Positions 40,197 to 48,983 are shown, counted from the first letter of the stretch. The stretch: DNA of 64,000 nt from Verrucomicrobiota bacterium (GCA_026398235.1 JAPLTE010000040.1:578-64577); one strand, 5' to 3'. The notes: generated by a model not told the origin, from the sequence alone. Numbers and translations are program-made.

Positions 40197-41672
40197 ATGA
40201 GCGAACATCACTACATCGCGTGCGATTTGGGTGCAGACAGTGGCCGGGTGATTCTCGGCACGCTTCGGGAAGGGAAGATCACTTTGGAAGAGGTGCATCG
40301 CTTTTCCAACGGAGCCTCCAAAATCAACGGATCGTTGCGTTGGAATATCCTGCGCATTTTTGAGGAACTTAAAGCGGGTCTGCGCAAAGTCGCCGAGAAA
40401 AAGGTCAGCGCGGAAAGCCTCAGTGTGGACTCGTGGGGGGTTGATTACGTCCTCTTTAATCAACGCCAGCCGTTGCTTGCGCTGCCTTGGCATTACCGGG
40501 ATTCGCGCACCGATGTCCCCTATGCGGCCACGCGCCAAAGGGTGGGGGATGCGACCCTTTTTGAGCAGACAGGCCTCCAGTTTCTCTCTTTTAACACGCT
40601 CTTTCAATTGATCGACGATGTGGAGAACAACTCGGATGTGATTTCCATTGCCGACAGTTTCCTCAACATCGCGGATTATCTCAATTACCTGTTTAGCGGC
40701 GTGGCGCTTCAAGAGGAGAGCAACGCGAGTACCACGCAAATATACAATCCGAAAACGCGGAACTGGTCCAAAGAGCTGATCGCTGCGTGCCATTTGCCCG
40801 AACGGATTTTCCCGCAGATTGTCCCGTCAGGCACTCCGATCGGGAAACTGCTCCCTGCGATCCAGGAGGAAACGGGCCTTAACGAAATCCCCGTGGTGGC
40901 GACCTGTTCGCATGACACCGGCGCAGCCGTGGCCGCTGTTCCCGCTGAGGGCGAAGGCTGGGCTTACCTGAGTTCGGGAACCTGGTCGCTGGTTGGAGTG
41001 GAGCTTCCGGCTCCGCTCATCAACGAGCAAGTGCGCTGTTTTAATTTCACCAACGAAGCCGGTTACGGCGGCACCACGCGGTTTCTGAAAAACATCGTCG
41101 GGCTGTGGCTCTTGCAGGAGTCGCGGCGCGATTGGATTCGGCAGGGGATGGCTTTGAGCTTTGATGATCTGGACCGCCAGGCCGAAGCCGCCGAGCCGTT
41201 CCGTTCGCTGATCAATCCCAACGCGGCCTGCTTCCTCAAGCCCGACAATATGCCCGCGAAAATCGCCGCCTATTGCCGCGAAACCGGACAATTGGCCCCC
41301 GAAACTCCGGGCCAGGTGACGCGCTGTATTTTTGAAAGCCTCGCCCTCTCTTATCGGCAGATGCTGGCGCAAATCGAGCAGCTCACGGGGCAGACGATCA
41401 CTCGCCTGCACATCGTCGGCGGCGGCAGCAAGAGTTCGCTGCTCAACCAATATGCAGCCAACGGAACCGGACGGACCGTGTTTACCGGCCCCGTGGAGGC
41501 GACTGCTTGCGGCAACATTTTGATTCAGGCACTTGCCTTGGGGCATATCGACTCCTTGAAAGCTCTGCGCAAAACGGTTCGGGAATCGTTCGAAATCACT
41601 CCCTACCAGCCACAGGGAAGTGAACAATGGGCCGCAGCCTTTGAGCGCTTTTCCCAGCTCAATCTCGCCTAA
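40197..41672 (+). CDS. rhaB: Rhamnulokinase
   Basis: FGGY kinase fold. The N-terminus YIACDLGADSGRVILG...LEEVHRFSNG parallels E. coli RhaB (VAVDLGASSGRVML...LREIHRFNNG, from memory). HIVGGGSKSSLLNQ. Confidence 0.92.
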   Translation: MSEHHYIACDLGADSGRVILGTLREGKITLEEVHRFSNGASKINGSLRWNILRIFEELKAGLRKVAEKKVSAESLSVDSWGVDYVLFNQRQPLLALPWHYRDSRTDVPYAATRQRVGDATLFEQTGLQFLSFNTLFQLIDDVENNSDVISIADSFLNIADYLNYLFSGVALQEESNASTTQIYNPKTRNWSKELIAACHLPERIFPQIVPSGTPIGKLLPAIQEETGLNEIPVVATCSHDTGAAVAAVPAEGEGWAYLSSGTWSLVGVELPAPLINEQVRCFNFTNEAGYGGTTRFLKNIVGLWLLQESRRDWIRQGMALSFDDLDRQAEAAEPFRSLINPNAACFLKPDNMPAKIAAYCRETGQLAPETPGQVTRCIFESLALSYRQMLAQIEQLTGQTITRLHIVGGGSKSSLLNQYAANGTGRTVFTGPVEATACGNILIQALALGHIDSLKALRKTVRESFEITPYQPQGSEQWAAAFERFSQLNLA

Positions 41673-42964
41673 TGACTTTTTCCCTTCTCCACCCTCGCGA
41701 CCAGATCGTCGCGATTATGGCGCGCATCTACGGCCATGGCATGACCACCACCTCGGGCGGCAACATCTCCATCCGCGACGAGAACGGCGATGTCTGGATC
41801 ACCCCGGCCCGTGTGGACAAAGGGAGCCTTCGGGCAGCCGACATTGTGCGGATTTCCCCGGACGGATCGCTGGAGGGCAACCACCCGCCTTCGTCGGAAT
41901 ACCCGTTCCACCTGAGCATCTACAAAGCCCGCCCGGATATTGATGCGATCATCCACGCCCACCCGTGTGCGCTCGTCAGCTTCAGCATTTGCGGGCAGGT
42001 GCCCAACACCCGGATTTTCCCGGAAGCCTGGAATGTGTGCGGCAAACCGGGCCTTGCGCCTTATGCGTTGCCGGGGAGCCAAAAACTGGGCGAGAATATC
42101 GCTGCGGAATTTGCCGCCGGGGAACAACCCTACTGCGTCATATTGCAGAATCATGGAGTTGTGGTGGGAGCGGAGGATTTGACCGTTGCCTATCAACGCC
42201 TGGAGAGTCTTGAGTTTGCGGCGGAGACGATCATCAACGCCTGCGTTCTGGGGAAAGTGCATTATTTGGGCGACGAGCAGATCGCCCTTTCCAATCAGCC
42301 GCGCAACATCTTGCCCGAGCACCCACCGGAGCCGGCAACCGTCCGCGAACGGGAATTGCGCAAAGCAATTTGCGATTTCGTGCACCGCTCCCACGCCCAC
42401 CGCTTGATGACCAGCACCAAGGGGAGCTTTTCGGCTCGGATCGATGCCGAAAGTTTTCTCATCACTCCTTACAATGTGGATCGGCGCGACCTCGATCTGG
42501 CCGACCTTGTGGTTGTCCGCAACGGAACGCGCGCTGCGGGCCAGACCCCCAGCCGGGCCGTGGGACTCCATCGCGCCATCTATGATGCGCATCCCGAGAT
42601 CCACGCCATTGTCAACGCGCTGCCGGTGCACGCCGCCGCGTTTTGCGCGAGCGAATCGCCGTTTGACACCCGAACCATTCCTGAGAGCTACTTGTTTTTG
42701 AAGGATGTCGGCACCATTCCTTTCGAGCAGCAATACGGGAGTCTCCAGACGATCTCATCATTTATTGGACCCAAAAATCCTGTAGCTTTGCTTGAAAACA
42801 ACGGTGTTCTTGTCGCGAGCCGTTCCGTGCTCGACGCCTTTGACCGGCTGGAAGTGCTTGAGGCCACGGCGGCCGCCATTCTGCGCAGCCGCAGCCTCGG
42901 CGCAGTCACTCCGATGTCCGACGCGGTCATTCAGGAATTGACGGAAGCATTCCCCTCGATGTAA
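41672..42964 (+). CDS. Tandem class II aldolase/adducin-domain protein (intact N-domain, degenerate C-domain)
   Basis: Domain 1: SGGNISIRD, SSEYPFHLSIY, IIHAHPCALV, LQNHGVVVG. Domain 2 has the same fold pattern, but the corresponding positions read PSRAVGLHRAIY, IVNALPVHAA, LENNGVLVA. ATGA-type junction with the rhaB stop. Confidence 0.85.
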   Translation: MTFSLLHPRDQIVAIMARIYGHGMTTTSGGNISIRDENGDVWITPARVDKGSLRAADIVRISPDGSLEGNHPPSSEYPFHLSIYKARPDIDAIIHAHPCALVSFSICGQVPNTRIFPEAWNVCGKPGLAPYALPGSQKLGENIAAEFAAGEQPYCVILQNHGVVVGAEDLTVAYQRLESLEFAAETIINACVLGKVHYLGDEQIALSNQPRNILPEHPPEPATVRERELRKAICDFVHRSHAHRLMTSTKGSFSARIDAESFLITPYNVDRRDLDLADLVVVRNGTRAAGQTPSRAVGLHRAIYDAHPEIHAIVNALPVHAAAFCASESPFDTRTIPESYLFLKDVGTIPFEQQYGSLQTISSFIGPKNPVALLENNGVLVASRSVLDAFDRLEVLEATAAAILRSRSLGAVTPMSDAVIQELTEAFPSM

Positions 42965-42978
42965 TTCCCCTGCCCATT

Positions 42979-43695
42979 GTGAAAATCACGCTGTTCATCC
43001 CCTGTTTCATTGATGCTTGTTTCCCAAAAGCCGGGGTGAGTGCGGTCGAAATTCTGGAGCGCCTGGGGCACACGATCGATTACCCAAAAGAGCTCACCTG
43101 TTGCGGGCAACCGGCGTTTAACTCCGGGTATTGGGAGGAATCCCGCACCACGGCGATCAAAGTCTTGGAGCGCCTCAAGGCTACGGAAGTCGTGGTGATC
43201 GTCTCCGGTTCGTGCGGCGCGATGATCAAGAATTTTTACCCGGAACTTTTCGCGGGCACCGAGCACGAAGAAGCCGCCCGTACTCTCTCGGCCAAAGTGT
43301 ATGAGTTCTCCGATTTCCTTGTCACCAAACTGGGCGTCACGGACCTCGGCGCACAATTTCCTCACAAGGTGACCTTCCATGACGGCTGCCACGGTCTGCG
43401 CGAGCTCGGCATCAAGCAACAGCCGCGCAAACTGCTTTCGCACGTGCGCGGGCTTGAGTTGGTCGAGATGGGCGAGGTGGAAAGCTGCTGCGGTTTCGGC
43501 GGCACTTTCTCGGCCAAATTCCCGATGATCTCCACCGCGATGGGTGAAAATAAATGCGGCTCGGCGCTGGAGACCGGAGCGGAATACATTGTATCCAACG
43601 ATTCGAGCTGCCTCATGCACATCCAGGGGTTGCTCGATCGTGAGGGAAAACCGTTGCGCACCATTCACTTGGCCGAGGTGTTGAATCACCGTTAG
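42979..43695 (+). CDS. lutA: Lactate utilization protein A (Fe-S oxidoreductase, CCG domains)
   Basis: LFIPCFIDACFP...LTCCGQPAFNSG and HDGCHGLRE...ESCCGFGGTF are the duplicated CCG motifs. Confidence 0.92.
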   Translation: MKITLFIPCFIDACFPKAGVSAVEILERLGHTIDYPKELTCCGQPAFNSGYWEESRTTAIKVLERLKATEVVVIVSGSCGAMIKNFYPELFAGTEHEEAARTLSAKVYEFSDFLVTKLGVTDLGAQFPHKVTFHDGCHGLRELGIKQQPRKLLSHVRGLELVEMGEVESCCGFGGTFSAKFPMISTAMGENKCGSALETGAEYIVSNDSSCLMHIQGLLDREGKPLRTIHLAEVLNHR

Positions 43696-43705
43696 CCACC
43701 ACACC

Positions 43706-45106
43706 GTGAGCATGACTCCTGCCGCCTCTCAATTTAAGAAAAACGCGATTGCTCTGACTGCGGACCTGCGGCATCGCGCCTTGATCCGCACGGCGCTCAA
43801 AAAATACGAGGTCGTGCGCGATGACAAAGTTTCGCGATTCCAGAATTGGCAATCCGCGCGGCAGAGTGCAGCGGAAATCAAGTGGGACGCCGTAAACCAT
43901 CTCGACGCCCATTTGATCGAGTTTGCGCGGAACCTCGAAGCGCGCGGCACGCAGGTCCATTGGGCCAGCAACGCTGCGCAGGCGCGCGAAATCATCATCG
44001 GGATCATCCAGGAGCGCAAAGCCCATTCCATCATCAAATCCAAGGTGATGACCGGCGAGGAGATCCACCTCAACGAGGCACTGGAAAAAGCGGGATTTGA
44101 CGTGGTCGAGTCCGACCTCGGTGAATACATCGTCCAGCTCCGGCACGAACCACCCTACCATTTTGTTTTCCCCGCGATGCACCTCACGCGCGGCGAAATC
44201 AGCGATCTCTTTTCAAAGGAACTCGGCACCGCGTCCACCGACAGCCCGGAGGAGTTGACGATGATTGCCCGCCGGGTGTTGCGCGACAAATATATTGCGG
44301 CGGACATCGGCATCAGCGGCGCGAATTTTGGCATCGCGGAGACCGGAATGATTTCCATCACCGAGAACGAAGGCAACGCGCGGCTCACGTGCGCGCTGCC
44401 CAAGGTGCATATTGCGTTGATGGGGATCGAAAAGGTTTTGCCGAAGCTCGAAGACCTCGCCCTGTTCCTCCCGATGCTGGCAACAGCAGGAGCGGGCCAG
44501 GTGATGACAGGCTATAACACCCTGTATGGCGGACCGCGTCAGCCGGGCGAAGCGGACGGCCCCGAGGCGTTCCATGTCGTCCTGCTCGACAACAACCGGA
44601 CGCAGTTGCTGGCTGATCCCGAGCAGCGCGATGCCCTCCATTGCATCCGCTGCGGCGCTTGCCTCAACGTCTGTCCCATTTACAAGAACATCGGCGGCCA
44701 TGCCTACGGAGCCACTTATCAAGGGCCCATCGGAGCCGTGATCACCCCGCATTTGCGCGGGCTCCAGCAGTGGAAACATCTGAGCTTTGCCTCCTCGCTG
44801 TGCGGAGCGTGCACGCAGACCTGCCCGGTGAAGATCAACTTGCATCACCACCTGCTGCAAAGCCGGCGCAACGCCATCGCGCAAAAACCGGTCTGGTGGG
44901 AAAAGCCGCTTTTCCAAGGTCTGGCTTTCCTCTTTAATCACGCGGGGCTCTTCTCGCTGGGGATGAAGCTCGGGCGGATCGGACAGGTGTTTTATCCTTT
45001 GGTCAAAGGGACGCGGCTTGATCCCGCCAGCGCATGGACGAAGTCGCGCGAACTCCCCAAAATCGCTCCCCAAACCTTCCGCGAATGGTGGCAAACCCGA
45101 AAATGA
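43706..45106 (+). CDS. lutB: Lactate utilization protein B (4Fe-4S ferredoxin-type + LUD domain)
   Basis: LHCIRCGACLNVCPIY and SSLCGACTQTCPVKI cluster motifs, with an N-terminal LUD domain. GTG 43706 start. Confidence 0.93.
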   Translation: MSMTPAASQFKKNAIALTADLRHRALIRTALKKYEVVRDDKVSRFQNWQSARQSAAEIKWDAVNHLDAHLIEFARNLEARGTQVHWASNAAQAREIIIGIIQERKAHSIIKSKVMTGEEIHLNEALEKAGFDVVESDLGEYIVQLRHEPPYHFVFPAMHLTRGEISDLFSKELGTASTDSPEELTMIARRVLRDKYIAADIGISGANFGIAETGMISITENEGNARLTCALPKVHIALMGIEKVLPKLEDLALFLPMLATAGAGQVMTGYNTLYGGPRQPGEADGPEAFHVVLLDNNRTQLLADPEQRDALHCIRCGACLNVCPIYKNIGGHAYGATYQGPIGAVITPHLRGLQQWKHLSFASSLCGACTQTCPVKINLHHHLLQSRRNAIAQKPVWWEKPLFQGLAFLFNHAGLFSLGMKLGRIGQVFYPLVKGTRLDPASAWTKSRELPKIAPQTFREWWQTRK

Positions 45107-45792
45107 ACGAACGCGAAAACATCCTCGGCAGAATCCGCGAAGCTTTGAGCGTCCCCGCTCCCGTTCCTGGTGCGCATTCCGGCGAACCGCCCCACGCCGT
45201 CTCCGAGTGCGAAGCAGCCACCCATATCCCCGAGTGGTTGCCGCGCGTGGGGAGCACCTTTGAAGAACGCCTTGCCTTGTTTCGGACCAATGCCGCGGAA
45301 TTGAAAGCCGACTTTGTGCTGCTCGATTCGCCGGAGGAATTGATTGCCAAATTACGCGAGATCGCCGCTGCCGAGAGCTGGAAAAAAGTGGCGACCCATT
45401 CCAATGCATTAACCGATGGGGCTTGCGACGCTTTGGATTTGCCGGTCTTGCGCACGGATAACGGCTACGACCCGCGCGACATGGAAACGTGCGACGCGGG
45501 GATCAGCGCTTGCGACGCGCTCATCGCCCAAACCGGCAGCGTGCTCGTCACGAGCCAAAGCGCCGGGGGCCGCGCCTTGTCGGTCTTGCCGCCTCACCAC
45601 GTGGTCCTCGCCCGGCGCGAGCAACTCCTCGCGGATTTGCCCGCTGCCTTTGCTCTGCTTAAGACCAAATACGCCCCCGGCTACCCGAGTCTCATCTCTT
45701 TTATTACCGGGCCCAGCCGCACCGGCGACATTGAGCGCATCCTGGTTCTGGGCGCACACGGTCCAAAGAAGCTGACGATTCTTTGCGTCTAA
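45103..45792 (+). CDS. lutC: Lactate utilization protein C (LUD domain)
   Basis: MNERENILGRIREAL is a typical LutC start. ISACDALIAQTGSVLV and ITGPSRTGDIE are present. ATG 45103 overlaps the lutB stop (ATGA). Confidence 0.88.
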   Translation: MNERENILGRIREALSVPAPVPGAHSGEPPHAVSECEAATHIPEWLPRVGSTFEERLALFRTNAAELKADFVLLDSPEELIAKLREIAAAESWKKVATHSNALTDGACDALDLPVLRTDNGYDPRDMETCDAGISACDALIAQTGSVLVTSQSAGGRALSVLPPHHVVLARREQLLADLPAAFALLKTKYAPGYPSLISFITGPSRTGDIERILVLGAHGPKKLTILCV

Positions 45793-45894
45793 TCGCGCGC
45801 TGGTTTCCGCTGCGAAAGAGCATCTGGGAGACTCCGGATTACGCTCTCTTTCTGCTCGCATTCCGCCCCGGTTCGCTGACAAACTCGATTGCTT

Positions 45895-47079
45895 ATGCAA
45901 GTGCCTCTTCTCGACCTCAAGCTCCAATACCAGACCCTTCGCGACCAAATACGGGCGGAGGTGGATCAAATCATGGACTCCCAGATCTTCATCATGGGGC
46001 CCAAGGTGGAAGCCTTTGAGCGCGCGGTATGCGCATATACCGGCGCGGCGCATGCCATTGGCGTGACCTCCGGCACCGACGCGCTGCTCCTCGCCCTGAT
46101 GGGGCTTGGGATCGGCCCGGGCGACGCGGTTCTCACGACCCCATACACCTTTTTTGCAACCGCCGGGAGCATCGCCCGCGTGGGGGCCTCCGCCGTATTT
46201 ATCGACATTGATCCGCAGACCTACAATCTCTCCGTGCCCGCGCTGCGCAGCTACCTGGAGGGCTGCCGCAGGAACGCGGAGGGCAAGCTGGTGAGCCACT
46301 CGGGGCAGACGATCCGCGCGCTCATGCCGGTGCATTTGTATGGGCTTTGCTGCGCGATGGACGAGATCCAGGAAATCGCCGCGCAATATGGGCTTCCCGT
46401 CATCGAAGACTCCGCCCAGGCGCTTGGCGCGGACTACCCGTCGCGCAAGGGGACAGGCCACGCGGGGAGCATGGGCGACTTCGGTTGCTATAGTTTTTTC
46501 CCCTCCAAAAATCTCGGAGCCTTTGGCGACGCCGGGATGGTCGTCTGCAAAGATGCCGCAATGGCCGAAAAGCTGCGGGCGCTGCGCAATCATGGCGGCG
46601 AGCGACGCTATTTCCACAAAATGATCGGCGGGAATTTCCGGCTCGATGCATTGCAAGCGGCCGTGCTTTCGATCAAGTTGCCGCATCTGGATTCCTGGTC
46701 GGCCATGCGTCGCACCAACGCCGCGTTGTACCGCGAGGGATTTGCGCGGTCAGGCCTCGACAAAGTTTTAACGCTCCCTTCGGAGCCTTATGCAGCAAGC
46801 GGACTCCCCAATCATCATATTTTTAATCAGTTTGTTGTCCGCGCACCGCGCCGCGATGCCTTATGCGAGCACCTGGCGAAGGCGCAAATCGGCCACGCGA
46901 TTTATTACCCGTTGCCGCTGCACATGCAGGAATGTTTTGCGTATCTCGGCTACAAACAGGGCGATTTCCCCGAAGCCGAACGCGCCGCGCTGGAGACCAT
47001 CGCACTGCCGATCTTCCCTGAGTTGGTGCCCGAGCAAATCCAAGCGGTGGTGGAAGCGATTGCGGCTTTTTATTCCTAG
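45895..47079 (+). CDS. DegT/DnrJ/EryC1/StrS-family PLP-dependent sugar aminotransferase
   Basis: VPLLDLKLQYQ...IMGPKVEAFE...GVTSGTDAL...SFFPSKNLGAFGDAGMV (PLP-Lys context)...ALPIFPEL. Confidence 0.92.
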   Translation: MQVPLLDLKLQYQTLRDQIRAEVDQIMDSQIFIMGPKVEAFERAVCAYTGAAHAIGVTSGTDALLLALMGLGIGPGDAVLTTPYTFFATAGSIARVGASAVFIDIDPQTYNLSVPALRSYLEGCRRNAEGKLVSHSGQTIRALMPVHLYGLCCAMDEIQEIAAQYGLPVIEDSAQALGADYPSRKGTGHAGSMGDFGCYSFFPSKNLGAFGDAGMVVCKDAAMAEKLRALRNHGGERRYFHKMIGGNFRLDALQAAVLSIKLPHLDSWSAMRRTNAALYREGFARSGLDKVLTLPSEPYAASGLPNHHIFNQFVVRAPRRDALCEHLAKAQIGHAIYYPLPLHMQECFAYLGYKQGDFPEAERAALETIALPIFPELVPEQIQAVVEAIAAFYS

Positions 47080-47163
47080 GCGGAATCCATTGGCGGACGC
47101 GGCGAACCGCTCCCAGCCTTCCGCGCGGCGAGATGCGAATATTGGAAGCAAACCGCTACCAAT

Positions 47164-47562
47164 ATGAACAAATTATTTAGCATTGTAATGGCAGGAGTTT
47201 TGAGTGCAGGAACCGCTTTTGCCCAAGATTCCGATCCCGCGTCCGCTTGCTGCGCCATGATGCCTGGCATGATGCCTGGCATGATGCCTGGCATGATGGG
47301 AGCCCACAAGGGGGAGATGATGAAGTGGCATCAGGAAATGATGGAACGAATCAAAGCGCAGGACGCCGAGCTCGACAAGCTCGTCAGTGAGATGAATGCC
47401 GCCACTGGGGACAAAAAGGTCGATGCCCTTGCGGCCATCATTAACAAAATGATCGAGGAGCGCAAAATGTGGCATGCCCAAATGGAAGCGCGCCACAAGA
47501 AGATGATGGACTGGATGAAGAACAAAGGAAGCGAAACCCCCGCGCCTACAGCGACTCCCTAA
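47164..47562 (+). CDS. Small secreted Met/His-rich helical protein with (MPGM)x3 repeat
   Basis: Signal peptide MNKLFSIVMAGVLSAGTAFA. CC pair, then MMPGMMPGMMPGMMG encoded by a 12-bp x3 repeat (47257-47292). The remainder is helical, Met/Lys/Glu-rich. Confidence 0.7.
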   Translation: MNKLFSIVMAGVLSAGTAFAQDSDPASACCAMMPGMMPGMMPGMMGAHKGEMMKWHQEMMERIKAQDAELDKLVSEMNAATGDKKVDALAAIINKMIEERKMWHAQMEARHKKMMDWMKNKGSETPAPTATP

Positions 47563-47677
47563 CCCTCCAACTTCCGGCGAGCGGCAGCGCGTCTGTCGCT
47601 CGCCGCCCTGGTCTGGCACGGAATTTTCCCAGTTTACTCTTTCTCTTTGGCCGATTCCGTGAGTTTCTTTACTCACG

Positions 47678-48586
47678 ATGAATTCAGGTGTTCTGCGCAC
47701 TGCCAAACTGCTGGCCGCGATGGCCCTTGGCTTCGCCTTTCCGGCGGCGCATGTTTACGCCTGTTGCATCCCTTACGCGATGATGGTGATGCTCTGGCTG
47801 GCGTTCCTGGATATGCGGCCCGCCGGATTCCGCCGCCAGCATCTTTACCTGCTCGTGGCGAACTGGGCCGTCGGCTTGGCCGCTTGGGCCATTCTGCTGC
47901 CGTTTAACAGGCAGCTTGCTATTGCGGCGCTGCTCATCGGGTTAACGCCCACGGCTACCGCTTCCGCTGTGGTGACCGGCATGTTGGGCGGGCGCGTGGA
48001 GTTCGTCGCCGGTTCGGTGTTGCTGACGAATGTTGTCGCCGGGCTCCTCTTTCCTGTCGCGCTGCCGCTCCTGCTGGGATCGCATTTTGCAATGCAAACC
48101 GCCCCTTTTCTCAAACAGACCGCATATATCGTAGTGGCCCCGTTGCTGCTGGCACAAACGATCCGGGTGGGCGCTCCGGCGTGGACGCGATCGCTCCTGC
48201 GCTTCCGGCATTTTTCGTTCTACCTCTGGCTGGTCGCCTTGTTTCTGGTAACGGCCAACGCGAGCCATTTTTTGCGGGTGCAATGGCACGCGGGCGGAGG
48301 AATCCTGCAAATCGCCCAGATCGCGCTGCTGGCTTGGATTCTTTGCATCGTGAACTTTGTGTTGGGGTGGAAGCTGGGGGGAGAGGCGTTTGCCCGCGAA
48401 ACGAGCCAGAGTCTGGGCCAGAAAAACACCCTGTTCACCATTTGGATCTCCCTGACGTATGTGAACCCTTTGGTTGCGCTGGGGCCGACTTTTTATGTCC
48501 TTTGCCACAATAGCTATAATGCGTGGCAGTTGGCGCGGCAAACGCCGCCGAAGAGCCTTCGACAACCTAATCCGAAAACACTCTAG
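47678..48586 (+). CDS. Bile acid:sodium symporter (BASS)-like membrane transporter
   Basis: Polytopic (about 9-10 TM). GLTPTATASAVVTGMLGG and SLGQKNTLFTIWIS resemble the two BASS crossover-helix motifs. Assignment is by pattern only. Confidence 0.68.
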   Translation: MNSGVLRTAKLLAAMALGFAFPAAHVYACCIPYAMMVMLWLAFLDMRPAGFRRQHLYLLVANWAVGLAAWAILLPFNRQLAIAALLIGLTPTATASAVVTGMLGGRVEFVAGSVLLTNVVAGLLFPVALPLLLGSHFAMQTAPFLKQTAYIVVAPLLLAQTIRVGAPAWTRSLLRFRHFSFYLWLVALFLVTANASHFLRVQWHAGGGILQIAQIALLAWILCIVNFVLGWKLGGEAFARETSQSLGQKNTLFTIWISLTYVNPLVALGPTFYVLCHNSYNAWQLARQTPPKSLRQPNPKTL

Positions 48587-48591
48587 CAGAA

Positions 48592-48966
48592 CTACCAATT
48601 GCCCGTTCCATACGGCCCCCAAGGCCATGGCCGCTCGAAGTTGCGGCTGTCGATGTTGTAGCAGCGGTCATCGGCTGGGCGCACATACACAAAGACCATT
48701 TTGATCCGCGCGGGGGCATTCCGCACCACGGTGATTTCTCCCACCGGCGGCAATGGGGCGCAAGCCTCTCCCGTCCGGTGGATCACCGTGACCGTGGTGC
48801 TGCTCACCGCCCGTGTCGGGCAGGCAACCACTCTTGTCTTCGGACACGAGAGATCGACCTCCGTCTTCACATATTCCCCCACTGGAGGCGTGCACTGGCA
48901 GGCAGCCAGCAACGTCGCTCCGGTGCATGCGGCGATTCCTGCCGCGCGTTTGATTGCTTTTTCCAT
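48592..48966 (-). CDS. Small Cys-rich lipoprotein, unknown family (paralogue A)
   Basis: MEKAIKRAAGIAACTGATLLAAC is a lipobox. AGGAGGG lies 5 nt upstream of ATG 48966. The C-terminus is ...RPWPWGPYGTGNW. Confidence 0.6.
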   Translation of the reverse strand: MEKAIKRAAGIAACTGATLLAACQCTPPVGEYVKTEVDLSCPKTRVVACPTRAVSSTTVTVIHRTGEACAPLPPVGEITVVRNAPARIKMVFVYVRPADDRCYNIDSRNFERPWPWGPYGTGNW

Positions 48967-48983
48967 AATTCCCTCCTGTTGCG

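Noticed and set aside
33837-42733. Long minus-strand ORFs opposite the BMC locus (33837-35060, 35854-37125, 38196-39269, 40827-41627, 41669-42733)
   Set aside because: Each lies antisense to a plus-strand gene with strong family signatures (ackA, ALDH, aldolase, rhaB, tandem aldolase). None shows a recognisable motif or sensible start context.
44213-46686. Minus-strand ORFs 44213-45409 (398 aa) and 45409-46686 (425 aa)
   Set aside because: They are antisense shadows of lutB/lutC and the DegT aminotransferase. Both are Arg/Gly/His-rich and featureless.
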